Positions 40,417 through 52,261 of a DNA stretch of 64,000 bases are shown piece after piece; the stretch's first letter is position 1, and each line of letters opens with the position of its first letter. A program made the position numbers and the translations under genes. This DNA comes from Chlorokybus atmophyticus (Eukaryota; Plantae; Mesostigma and Chlorokybus algae): NCBI GenBank assembly GCA_009103225.1, contig RHPI01001037.1, forward strand, positions 1,216,916 through 1,280,915. The letters are read 5' to 3'. The notes under the pieces are model-generated. The model worked only from the letters and a program-made list of their open reading frames with translations. It did not search any database and was not told the DNA's origin.

Positions 40417-43381
40417 ATGGTGACACGGGCTGCAAACCAGCATAGGTTGAAGGAGCAGGATTATCAATCAAAAATTGAGAAGACGATTATGTCCATGCTG
40501 CGCCATGGTTTGAATGAGAGCAAGCGGCATTGGTTGACTGAAAAACAGTTAGCTGCCGCGCGCACCAATGTTCAAAACGCCCGAAATACAGCTGTACAGT
40601 GGCAGGCTGAGCAATAGGATCTGCAGCAATGGAATAAGGAGGATTGGGAGACATGCCGGCTACGCATCAACGCCATCACTAAGCGTAGGCGACAACAGCA
40701 AGATCTTTGGATTGAAGAGCAGATGAAGACCATTCCTTTCCAGGATCTAGGGTGGCTTGAGAATTACAAGTCCTTGCGCGCATACCTCATTTACAAGTGG
40801 GCGTGCAACCATCCTTGGCCATCCAGTGCTGCTGCTGCTCCTGGTTTGACTTCTCGTGCTGCTGCTGCTTCTGGGGCTACGGCTACCTCTAGCAATCCTT
40901 CTCAAGCTGCTTTTACTGCTGCTCTTGCCCCTGCTCTTGCTGCTGCTGCTGCTGCACTTGCAGCATTGGGAGGGGTTTCGGGGCGACCTCCAGTTCATCC
41001 AGTCTTTTCAGACAGGCCACCACAAGGAAGCGCAGAGAAGGATGCCATAGACAGTGGCCATCCAACCGCTGGAGGAACTCCAGGCGGTGCTTCTGAGGGT
41101 CATGCAAGCGGCAGTGGCGATGACCCTGCTGGTGGTGATGAATTTGCTGAAGGTGATTAGCATGGAGACGGCAGTGGTGATGAACCCAGCGATCCTGAAA
41201 GCAGCAGTCATAAAGGCATCAGTCATAAAAGCAGCGATGATGACAGCAACATTGAAGGCGACAACGATGCTCGTAAGAAGTTGGAAGCCAATATTGCGAC
41301 TGCATGTTCAGGAGTCGCCAATGCCAGCAACATAGCCAAGTTGGTGGAAGGCTTTGTCCTGATACTCCACCAGCAAGTGCCCCAACTTCGGGTAACCCTT
41401 GGCCAAAGTCAGCATTAGTCAGCTTATGGCTACATGTGTGTCATAGGCCGCACTGTCTTGTTTGTGCTCTGACTTGGTTTTCAATGCAGCAACACCTAGA
41501 AGAGGCGTCTACCAGCACACAGGCCATTGCATCCGCCAACGCTGATGTTAAGCGCATCCATGCAGTGAAAGTATCAGCCGCTCATGCAGCTGCTGCCAAG
41601 GCCAGCCAAGAGCATGCAGAGTTGCTGAAAAAGGAGCAAAAGGCCGGAGAGGAGGCCGGGGGGCGCATACAAGAGCTAGGGGCGGCTCTTGCACAGCAAA
41701 AGGAAGCGAGAGAGGAGGCCGCGGGGCGCATATTACAGCCAGCGCGTACAACGGCTGCAACAAACTTTGCAGTAGTTGGGAGCAATCAATGCTCGGCGTG
41801 CAGAGCTGGTGAGGGAAGAAGCTGAACATCGGCGCGCTGAACACCCTGTCTTGATAGAGCACCTCACCCGCTGCAAGCGGATTGAAGATGACGTTAAGGC
41901 TGCCTTCATCAGGATCAGCGAGTTGGATAAAGACTTAATGCTGGCCTCTGAGGAGCAGGCTGCTGCAAAGCAGCGTGAGGATGCACTGGCGCAGCAGGCC
42001 ACTAATGCACAGCTACTGGCCGCTTCCACTCAGAAGTAGCGTGAGGATGCAGCGCAAGAGTTAGTTGCCACCACTGCTGAGCGGGACCGCCTACGACAAT
42101 AGTGGGCAACAGCTAAAAAAGCCAGGAAAAAGCAGCAGGACCTTCTTGATTAGCTTCAGCAGCAGCCCTCCGTTTAAGCACAAAAGCTCCAGCACAGGTT
42201 GACGTCCTTAATGCACGACTTCGGCAGGCGAATCAAGACTCCACTCGAAAGATGAGTGAGGACGCGCTTCAACACAAGCTGTTGGGGACCAATTCGAAGG
42301 GGAGCATCAAGTCGTTGCACGCTTGGAGGAGATGCTGAGCTTGCGTGAGCGCGTGCGCAAAGCCGAGGAGGCCGCTCAAATGGAGCACGACGCCGCGCAG
42401 AAGCTCTTACCAAAGCCAGCTTCAGCAAATGGCCTCCATACAGCAGAAGGCGCTTGAGGATGCAAACCGCCTACGAGAGCAGAATGCCAACCTGCTTGAG
42501 CGCCTGCGCAAAGCCGAGGAGGCCACGCTGAAGCAGCAGTGGACGGCAGCAGGAAGCGAAGCTACAAGAGGAGAACCTGCGCTTGAAGGATTGCATGAAC
42601 CAATTCGCGGAGTCCAAGAAAGGCCTCTTTTCAGCAATAGACGACCTTAAAGGACAACTCGACAAGCAGGCCACTCAATTAGAGGCTAGGTGCAAGCTGC
42701 AAGTAGACGTTGACTCCCTTGAGTGACGAGAGGGACCGCTTGCAAAGGGTGTTGAGCAAAACAGAGGAGGCTAGGCGGCGGCTGATTGCGAATAGTAAGA
42801 AACCTGCAACCATGGCGGACCCCGAGTTGAAGAAGGTTCAGGACGAGCTCAACAAATGTAAAAAGACATGTGCTGTGATCCTTGAACTTCTCAGTTACAC
42901 ACAGAATGAGCTCGACATAGCAAATCGGAAACTGCCCGTGCCTACTGTAGACACGGTTGCTGCTGATGTCGTCCATAAACCGCTCATCTAAACACAGAAG
43001 GAGCTTGAAGACACAAAGCGGCGCTTGGCTGCACTAGAGGCTCCCTCCACGTCCGCACTACCGCCAGAAGCTGAACTGCAAGAGAAATTCATTGAACAGC
43101 AAAGGGAGAACTATCAACTTGATAGGCGGGTCATGAAACTAGAAGTTGACCTGGAGCTCGTGGAAAAACAGCAAATTTACATGGAAGGCGTGCTGGTTGA
43201 TGAGTGGATGCGGGTTGTGGTGGAGGACTTCCTGGCTGAAAGTCCCGACGCGCGGGCATATTCCTTGAGTGAAAAAGGAGCGCAGACTACCCAGCGCATA
43301 CAACAGTACTTGCGAGGTTGGCAAGAGCTCATTGCTCTAGAGCTTACGGTCTGTATACAAGCTCGCGATGCTTGGGTGTAA
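40417..43381 (+). pseudogene. Decayed transposon-internal gene: Ala/Gly/Asp-rich linker plus long coiled coil
   Basis: A heptad-rich reading frame continues through TAG at 40615, 41158, 41773, 42037, 42100, 42151 and TAA at 42175, 42989, with a frameshift near 41740; ends ..QARDAWV* at 43381. Confidence 0.65.
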
Positions 43382-43899
43382 CAGCCTGGACCCTTTTCCA
43401 TATTTTAATGCATAATATGTGTTTTACCCTTTCTGGGCTTAATACGCGAGGGGCAGAAGCCTGCACTTATACAGTTCTTTAGATTTGGTAAATCATGAAC
43501 AAAATGCCTGGTTATTAACCTGCTTAGTTTTGGTGCTGGTATAAATAGGAAAACCCTGTGTAATACAACCAACTTTGCTTTCTGCTCTCTGCTGTGAGTA
43601 TATTGGTGTATGCTTGAGAGAGGCGTGATCCAAGGCACACTGCTGCGTTCTTGCTTGGTGTGAGAAGTAGTAGTGTTCGTGTGCGTGTGCGCGCTCAACG
43701 CATGCGTATGCGCGAGGGAAGGTTCCGGTGTGAAGACTGTGCTAAGTGTGCACACGTGTGTTGTATGACTTGTGTGCTGTGTATGTGAGCACGAGCATCG
43801 TTACACTGGGCGCAGAGGAACAATCCAGAGACGCGAGACACTTAGTTAGGACAGTGATCCCGCTGCACTGTGTAACATAATTCAAAACACAGCGCACCA

Positions 43900-45769
43900 T
43901 TACCTCCGTGACATCAATCAACGGCTAGCGGAGAATGGGCTCCCTTTGTACGCCAACACTTTGGAGGCGTTTGAGGCTCTGCAGCCGAGCCTCACTTATG
44001 TGCGCATAGGCTGCAACTATCCCAACTGGTCTATTACACAGATACAAACACACGCACTTCACAAACACGTAAATGTAAGTGCAAACATACTTTTGCTGCC
44101 TAGCTGCCCATACATGCGGTAGTGGTTGAATTTCATTCGCCGTCCATTACTTCTACCCCTTTCAGTCCATGCAAAGCTGCTCCTGCTGCTCCCTTGCCTT
44201 GGCCAGTCGAGCTTTGTTTGGGTTGAGAAAGGGTCCTCAAACTGGTCGCTCGCGGCTGTGTTAGCCACGCATACGCCTTGCCTCCTCCCCTCAGCTTTCT
44301 TCAGGTAGTTGACTGCCACATGACTGTCAGACCGCACCTCTTTAACAGCAATCACCCAAGGGGGTGGGTCATCAGTCATTGTCATCTTTATTGAGTGTGG
44401 GATAAGATGCATCAAACAAGTACTTGCATGTGGGAGAGACAGGTAGGCGCTGAGGAACAGGCATGCTGAGCGCGGCCAACAGTTTATCCACGGCGGCAAT
44501 ATCTGTTGGCAGCTTATCCGCGACAGGGCTGTGCGTCATTGTGTCGCTTATAAGGCTGGCGATGTCATCTCGCAACTGCTCCTGTTCAAAAGGAACCTCC
44601 AAGGCTTGCTTGACAATAGAATTTATCTGGCCAAAGATGAGCTTTATAATCTTATTGACAAGAGCAAACTGGACACCAGAATCTTTCATGGCTGTTACGT
44701 TCCTTAGGTAGATATCCAGCCACTTTTTGTAGCAGTCTCTGATGGTGGTTAGCCGAGCTCGGGAGGTTGACTAGGGGGAATAGGTGGTGCCCACTTGCGG
44801 CAATTGCCAGGTCAAGTGCACGATGCGCCCTTGCAACTGCTTCGTCCACTATCTATGATGACAGAGCTTGGTTAAACAGCAAGCGATAAGCACCAATCCA
44901 TGTCACCACGCTATCATAAAGAACAAGCAAGACTCACGCGTGCATGGCTGTGTAAAAAACCGGACTGACCAGTGCCTATGAGATGACATGTGATGTTAGC
45001 CTTTAGGTCACAGCAATGGACGGCATAAGTCGTAGGCACTGGATAGTGCCTACGAGTTATGCCTTCCATTGCTGTGTTTATGACCTTAGGTCAGCAATGG
45101 ATTGCGTAAGTCGTAGACACTGGACAGTGCCTATGAGACTTTAAGCCGCAGCAATGGATTGCATAGGTCATATACCGCACTGCTTACCATGCCGCGGCAT
45201 CCACCGGCAGTGCGGTTGCAGATAACTTGACGCTGCTGCTGCTCGCTCTCCATGACCAAATGGCTCGTCGATAAATGAGCCACCTCCAGCTTCAGCAGCC
45301 GGTAACAGAGGGGAATGTGAAGTGGATAGCTGGCCAGCGGTTGCAGGGGGGTGAGCAGCAGGCTGAGTTACTGAAGCTGGCCTGCAGGGAGTCATATTAG
45401 GCGCTTAACAACTGCTGTCAAAAATTCTTTGCTAGCCGTGTCACAAACAACCAGGCTTGAGAGCTAGCTAGTGGGGGCAAGGATGTCACCTGAGTGAGGG
45501 GTCTGCCTGCCCATCCACTTCCATTGGGGACGCGTTGTCACCAGCGGGGCCCCTACTAGCCAAAAGTTGGGACACTAAAGCTTCTCTGTGGCAAGAGCTT
45601 GCTCTTTTTGACTCAAGTCCTTCTGACGCATGAGACCTTGCATTGCGTTGACAACCAACTTGGAACGCTGCTTCCGCTTGCGCAAAGCTGCAAGGTTGAC
45701 TGCAGGTAGCTTGAGTTCAATAAACCTGTGGAATCATTCAGCGATATCAGCTGCTTTTTGGTCAGCCAT
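43900..45769 (-). pseudogene. Second decayed transposon-internal gene of unknown function, convergent with the first
   Basis: Fragments MADQKAADIAE*FHRFIELKLPAVNL.., VDEAVARAHRALDLAIAA.., MKDSGVQFALVNKIIKLIFGQ.., PPWVIAVKEVRSDSHVAVNYLKK..KLDWP; stops and a frameshift present. Telo-box AAACCCTA near 45836, upstream of the start. Confidence 0.45.
44965..45170. repeat. Array of direct and inverted copies of an about 55-bp unit, including a long hairpin
   Basis: CACAGCAATGGA-c-GGCATAA-g-TCGTAGGCACT-[ggat]-AGTGCCTACGA-g-TTATGCC-t-TCCATTGCTGTG (45009-45076); further copies of the left arm at about 45087-45140 and 45149-45168. Confidence 0.85.
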
Positions 45770-48549
45770 GCTGGGTGCATGCGTACTACCCACGAAAATA
45801 GCTGCTCGAAAGATTATCGCCGCCGCCGCCGCCCAAAACCCTAGCAAATGGACACGGGACCATGCAGCCCAGTGCCTGCTACTCGTTTAGCATTAGTACA
45901 CGTGACTTTGGATGCAAAAGGACCAGGTGAGATGTGTCATCGTGCCCAGGCAAGATACCAAACAACCTGGTCCAGGTTGCTGCCAATGTACCGCTCCGAT
46001 TTTGGTCCGTAATCTTCATGAGCCAGTGCTTGACAGTTGTCGAGTGCTGATCCGGGACCATGCATGGTCTACGAGGGCGGCTTACAACCGTACCAGTGCA
46101 GCATGGTTTTAGCTCATGCAAACCATGATTGGTCCGTACATTACAAGCGTTCTTTACCAGTGCTGCCCTGGCTCATAGGCTGCTGGGCTTATGACCAGCT
46201 TTGGGCTTACTACTCAGGCCGCTTGCTGACCAGTGCTGTACCGGTTTACAAGCCGCGGAACACCCGACCAGCCCTAGTCCATTCATTTGGACCATATCGG
46301 CGGGCTCCGGGGCCGGACCACCGGTGCTCCAATCACGCCGGACCAGTTGCGGCACTGGTACGCTAAGCCGCGCCAGACATGGTCTGCGCGCCACCTCCGA
46401 CAAGTCCGCGCGTAAAAACCCCTGTGTCAATGCGCGCGCACTCGGCACTCGTCGACTTTAGAGACTGCTGCGTGCGTGCAAGGTTGGACTTGAGCTCCTG
46501 GCTTGTGGACTGCAAGGCACCTGCAGTGAGCACACAAAGCGCAGAGCAGAAGACTTTTTATGGTCAATTAACCTCGCCTTCTCTTCGTTGAGCTGCCCCA
46601 CAAGGTACTGCTTGATAGTCTGTGCCTGGTTGACAAAGCAGCTCAAATTTGGCAAATGTGTTTACACTGGTTTGTTTCAACTATGCTTAAGGGATCTCCT
46701 GGCCCGCTAGCAAGGACAGCAGAAACCTGCACAGCAATCGCGGCGTATTGATAAGGTACATACCTTCATAGAGTGGGTGTATTGATATGTCGAACAAACT
46801 GCATGAACATGCAATGTCCTGACGTGTTAATGTACCTTGTGTGACGGTTGTGTGCTTGAGGCACATCAATGCAAAGCTGATTATGTTTCAAAATTCTGGA
46901 TGGAACCGTGATAAAGTCAACAAGAATGCTCTGCTCTGCTTTCAAGATCTGAGAATCGTCCTCCACAACTCCTAGCATGTGAAGAAACAGGTCTGCTCCA
47001 TAGGTTGGTTATGCGCACTCGCAACGCATGTATTGCGCATGACGTATATGGAGTCGAGATAGAGTCCGTAGATTGAATCACGCTGCAGCTGTGTTTGGTT
47101 TCAGCCTGCCTCCTTAAGAGAGCCAGCCTCTCCGAGAGAGGCCAAGCTTTTTGTGCATGCACTTAATGTGCTGTGGTCATTGTGTGTCACAAATCGCATG
47201 ATACAACAGGCGAGCAACACGGACTGCATGAAGAGTGATCGAACACACACAAGGAGGCACAGTGGCGGAAGTTGGCTAATGGAAACAAAGCTGGTACATG
47301 GTTGTTTGGAAGCTCACTTGCAAGTTGGGACTGGAGGACGACTGCCCAATTGGAGCTCTCACGGTCAGATCTTTAAGACGGTCCTCAAAGCCAGCCCGCG
47401 TAAGTCCACCTCAACGTTACTTAAAAACCACGCTATTCGCCTTGCTCTTGTCCATGCCAAGAGCCGCCGCCACCACCGTTGCCTTAAACCGTATTCAACC
47501 AGCCATCTCAATCCTCCAAGCAAATGCCCCAAGGGTCAGCAACGACCACGACAAGCAACGTTACTGTCTCTATCATTCTTGGCCCCTTCCTCACCAGACC
47601 TTCGCACTCATGCTATCGCCACGTGGCAAACACTGGCCGCCTTCATTGCTTTCTCCTCCTTGCTCGCCGCTGCCGTCGCCGCTAATGCCAGACACAACAA
47701 TTGTCCAAAAATTATAATCAAAATTTGAATTCATAACTTGCGCGGCAAATACGGCCCGAATCGTAGTAATCATGCTTGAGTAGTAAGCTGTGCCAAATTG
47801 GATCAGGTTGTTGTGCGCTGTGGCGGTGAGGTGAGTGTGGGCGGCGACGGCGGCGGCGGCCGGGATGTGGCAATCGCCTCATGGCATCGCAAAAGGGCAA
47901 GGTGAGCTTTGCTGCTTTGGCATGTTGCAATTGTGCGTTGCATATGTGATTGGTGATTGTGTGTTAGTTGCATGAGGTGTTGCCTAAGGCGGGGCTGGTT
48001 TAATTTGAAAAGGGCAACTTCAGCGAGGTGAGGCCGATCAGTGGCATTTGCGGATTGCTCCAACCAAGTTTCTTACTTGAGTTTGTACTTAAAGGTGTGC
48101 AAGCATGATCTGAATGCGCGCATGCAGATTTTGCATAAAAAAAACTGCTCACCGCCAGTCAACAACAGCTGCTCTCATGCTTGACAGGAGTTGTGCAAGC
48201 CTAGGCTTATGCCGCTAAAGTCTGTGACTCTGCTTGGGAGAAATGGCAAAGGCAGTTGCGATGCACGCAGCTCAGCAGCAAGAGCTCAACAACTTTTCTC
48301 CGCAACGGAGACACTTGTTGGATTACTGCACTACACTGCAGTGCAGCTGCAATTGCAATGCAGCTGCATAAGGTTGTTTATGTGTGCACTGTGGCTCACT
48401 TGCAAGTTGCATGCAATCTGTCCCGCAGCAGCCACAAGCGTGCCGCAATCATCAAGAGATTGGTACATGCAGCTGTAGTTTCATCACCTTCTGTACAAGT
48501 ACAAGTCTGATTCAATAATGCTGCAGCTTTGTCCCCAACTGCAAGTTTC

Positions 48550-48904
48550 CATATTGCTATGTCAGAGTTGCATGAATTGTTGCCCAGATGGTTTATGATC
48601 ATACGCATGGGCGTACCACTACACACTCACTTACACAAGATGAAGGTATAAGAGACAACCTATCATTGATAATAATGGTTGAGCAAAGGTTATGCCAATT
48701 TTATTAAATGCATGGGACAACATGATGGCTAAATATAATAACGACCACTTTGTTGGTCACATTGTTTGCAAGGATGATTTCCTCCGCCCCCCCCCCCCCC
48801 NNNNNNNNNNNNNNNNNNNNNNNNNNNNNNNNNNNNNNNNNNNNNNNNNNNNNNNNNNNNNNNNNNNNNNNNNNNNNNNNNNNNNNNNNNNNNNNNNNNN
48901 NNNN

Positions 48905-48982
<78 letters not shown>

Positions 48983-49650
48983 TTTGAGGGGGGATTGCAT
49001 TGCAAGCGGGGTGCAGTCATGGAGACGACGATCGTATCATGACATTGTTGAGGTAAAATATACCGGTTGAGAAGGCAGTGCATATAATAAGAGTCGATAC
49101 CTCTTTAATAAGTGTTTCAGCTATAAGAACAAATGCTAGCTAGCATTATAACGCTTACTAATATCGAAATGCATAAGTTTATATACAAGTAAGTGGAGCT
49201 ACTTATTTTACTATCTTTTAATTAAGACACATTAAAGCACATGCAAAATATTAAACAATGGTTGTTGTCATTATTTAGCAGGACACCTGCAAAACTCTTG
49301 TCTTAAGCATTTTACATCGACTCAACGTTAAAGGTTTATACAATAACAATGTATGTTGTTAGTGAGAGTATTTGGCAATCCGGCTACACGTGCAGAGTAA
49401 TAAGAAATACAACTAGCATTGTAAATATATTATCATCATATGGTTTATCATTTTGCAATGATAAGAAACCTCATCACCTTTGATATAACACAAATCACAA
49501 CATTGTTAAATGTAAGTGTAACTTTGCGAGGTAGTTAACATTCAATGTGGCTCATACATACAATGAGTTTTTATCAATCGTGACCTTTGGGGATATACAC
49601 ATGGGCAAAATGTTCATCGCTGGTGGCTGTTGTTACAAAAATTTTATTTG
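48550..49650 (+). mobile_element. Possible highly degraded MULE/FAR1-like transposase relic in AT-rich DNA
   Basis: Scattered fragments NFIKCM, NAWDNMMAKYN and NIVKCKCNF weakly resemble FAR1/SWIM segments; many stops; spans an N gap. Confidence 0.25.
48784..48980. other. Assembly gap flanked by poly-C and poly-G
   Basis: Short C-run, about 104 N, then about 76 G. Confidence 0.9.
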
Positions 49651-50180
49651 AATAAACATTTACAATCAAAATTCATGATTTTCAGACGGAGTTGCAAGTG
49701 AAATTGCAAAACACAAGCACACCAACTTCATCATATCTTACACTGCATAATTATTTTTCAATGGTAGCATGCAACTTAGGATAAAAATGCAGTATTCTTG
49801 TGACGCATGTGTTGCTGTATATCTTCACGATGGCTCGACGCCACAATCACCGCGTCACCGCAAGTCACATAATGATTTACGTATTATTTGCTGCGTCACC
49901 GCGTCACCATGAGGCAGACTATAGTTAATGTATTATTTACTGCAATTGAAACTCAGTTAGCAATCAAGCGAGTTTAAGTGTTGCTATTTGAATGAAAAAT
50001 GTGTATTGATTAATTGTGCTGAGAGGTGAACGATGTTGGCGTTTCTTGTTCAAATGATTCTTAATAACGATAGCTGCAGTGAAATAATAACAACATGTAA
50101 CATGTAGTTATTAGTTTGCTAAATGCCATTTGTGGCCCTCGACTTCATCATGGACTAGCAACCCACTATGTAGCCAACGC

Positions 50181-50771
50181 TCACGACTTTGCTGTACCGC
50201 AAGGTCGTGAAGTTCGTGATAAATCTTCAAGCAAATTTATAACAACTGCAACTGCTTTCACTTGCGACTTGGCGCTTGGCCGGCATGTCAGTCGAATCGT
50301 CCGAAACGTCATTCGTTGCGGCAAGCGCGTGACGGGGCGAGTCGTGGAGCGACGTGGAGCTCTCTTGCGACATGAACGCCGCCACGAGGGCAGGACGGTG
50401 TGCACCACGGCCGCGGTGGTCCATAGCCTAGGCCGCGCTCTTCAACGCTGCCCATCGACCGGCAGCTGGCGCTGCCCTCAAGCTGACGCAGCAACCACCA
50501 CAACCGCCCTCATGTTTAACGCCAGTGGCGTTACGCCGCTGCTGGTTTGCCCGGGGTCAGTTGCCCCGTACCGCTCTCATGAGATTCCCAATGGTTCCTG
50601 CAACGGCCAGGAACTTTTTTGACGGCCTTGTCAGGCGACCAACATGATACTCTCGATCAGGTTCGGAATGGGATGGGCGCAGGACTGAACCGTCGGAGCA
50701 GCATCAGCCGCGCTGCCGCGGGTCGAGCGGCTTGGGAAGTACACACCGAATCCAGCAAAAAAAAATAAAAG
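50181..50771 (+). ncRNA. Unassigned hairpin-rich GC island, candidate structured RNA or SINE-like element
   Basis: Stems at 50181-50210, 50461-50476, 50517-50533, 50594-50614 (followed by T6 at 50615-50620) and 50706-50732; TATA-like TTTATAA near 50237; A-rich run at 50757-50771. No Rfam family recognised. Confidence 0.2.
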
Positions 50772-51292
50772 GGGCAGGAGGCTAGTCGGTACGGGAGGTT
50801 CAGATCGTTACTTTATTCAGAGGTTAGAAGCCAACGCGTTCGCTGGAACTCGCCAGAAAGCTGCCGGCGACTGGGTGGCATGACGTTAGATGATGTGATA
50901 GCTAACGTTAGGCAGCTCTTGGCCCACTACAGCTGGAGTGTGTCGTATGGATTTCTGTCCATCTCTCGCTTGTCCGCCATAGCTGTGTGCCTGTCGCTGT
51001 GATCGTCCTTGAGTGCCCCCCCCCCCCCTCCGCCGCCGCCGCCGCTGTCGTCGCTGTTGCCATAGCAGGGGCTGTCTCTCCCGCTGCGGGTGCGCTTGAC
51101 GGTGTGAATACAGCTTTGCGGTGTTGAAGCCCGGGCGGCGACAAGGCGGTGGGTGATTGCCGTCAGCGGCAAGGGTTTCAGTTGCAATCGCCCACCCGCG
51201 TTGACCTTGAAGGCTTCAGCAGGCGGCGGGTGGTCCCTGCGTTCGGTCCCTGCGTGTGGCGGTTGTCTGTGTTCCAGCAGCGGCTTGCCGGG

Positions 51293-52261
51293 ATGGCTGA
51301 GCACTTCAACGGCCGTATGGACGAGAGCGGCGTGAAGCCTGACGCCCCTGTGCTGTGCGCTAACAATTGCGGCTTCTATGGGTAAGCTTTTTCTCCGTCG
51401 AGTGCTTGGTCTGTCCGCAAGCGGTTACTTCCTTTGTCTAGTGTCTAGTGAGACGGCCGTCACGTTGTCTACTCTGTTTGACACTCAGAGCGCGCGAGTT
51501 GAGTGCTTTTGTCCTTGTCGCCTGTGTGTGGTGTTAGGGAGCGTTTGTACAGTCATAGCAACTATTCCCTGTGGCGATCAGCAACTCTGGTGTCGATGCG
51601 GCCAACTCCTCGGTTGTGATGTTTACTCACGGGGTGCACCGCCCTCGAAGCAAGGCGGTTGGTCAGGCGGTTAGGGGTTTGTGTGAGTTGATGTGAGGGT
51701 TAGGCGTTAGCTTCAGGCCAGGCCACAACACACGTCAGCTGTCACTTTGTACATGGGTATCTGGGGTTTCGGTACGTTGCTGATTTTCCTTTGCGCCCTT
51801 GCAGAAACCCTATGAGCATGAATTTGTGCTCCAAGTGCTACCGCGACACCCAGCAGAAGGAACGTGCACAGCAAGCTGTGGCAGCTGTCACCCCTGAGGC
51901 TATGGATATCTGTGTCCATCCCGCACTGGTTGAAGTGAAGCAAGCAGCTGAAGTGGTTTATACTCCTGCTGTGCACGTGGAGGAGCCTATGCCCGCGGCC
52001 ACCACTTCCGAGACACAGGCGACGGGGTCAGCTGGTCCAGCAGAGGACTTGAAGAAGCTGCAAAAGGGCGGCAACCGCTGTTTCTCATGCAGCAAACGGG
52101 TGGGGCTTACGGGGTTCAAGTGCCGCTGTGGTTTTACATACTGCACAACTCATCGGTACAGCGACAAGCACAACTGCACCTTCGACTACAAGGCGGCGGG
52201 CCGCGACGCCATTGCAAAGGCCAACCCCACAGTTGTAGCCAGCAAAGTGGAGAAGATTTGA
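51293..52261 (+). CDS. A20/AN1 zinc-finger stress-associated protein (SAP)
   Basis: join(51293..51381,51805..52261): [10 protein letters not shown]|[14 protein letters not shown] (A20) and [39 protein letters not shown]...[16 protein letters not shown] (AN1). Confidence 0.95.

Larger units (their letters stand above)
40214..46426. mobile_element. 6.2-kb TIR DNA transposon-like insertion (CAC...GTG termini, CMC/CACTA-like), no recognisable transposase
   Basis: Left end CACACGGAATTTTCCGCGGAC (from 40215); right end reverse complement CACAGGGGTTTTTACGCGCGGAC (to 46426). Flanked by TCA(T) at 40211-40214 and TCA(A) at 46427-46430. GGACC/GGTCC-rich subterminal zones at 40230-40370 and 45910-46390. 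Excision restores a host exon and its gtaagt donor. Confidence 0.7.
39042..47650 (-). pseudogene. Spliced coiled-coil gene with S/T/P-rich tail, split by the 40214-46426 element and carrying nonsense codons
   Basis: Exons ALQSTSQELKSNLARTQQSLKSTSAECARI (46427-46520) and EFCELHEASSRTISELKSQHANQLADAREK (about 40050-40150) join in frame when the element is removed. Later exons LKLKTAVNAQQEHLL..., and a last exon WLHTQVNNAQL... to 39042. In-frame TGA/TAA stops present. The 5' end (about 47650) is approximate. Confidence 0.55.

Noticed and set aside
40417-43381. TAG/TAA reassigned to Gln, as in some ulvophycean algae
   Set aside because: Conserved host genes end at the expected positions with TAG (METTL18, REC8) and TAA (RTCA, ACR) and have no internal TAR codons; the element gene also has frameshifts, so decay explains it better.
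48692-49083. Poly-Pro/poly-Gly ORFs or a G-quadruplex element
   Set aside because: Homopolymers flank an N gap; probably a sequencing or assembly artefact.
50181-50900. Hammerhead ribozyme, 5S rRNA, SRP, RNase MRP or telomerase RNA
   Set aside because: No CUGANGA core on either strand; CCCATTCCGAAC lacks the surrounding 5S structure; no MRP P4 or telomeric template motif found.
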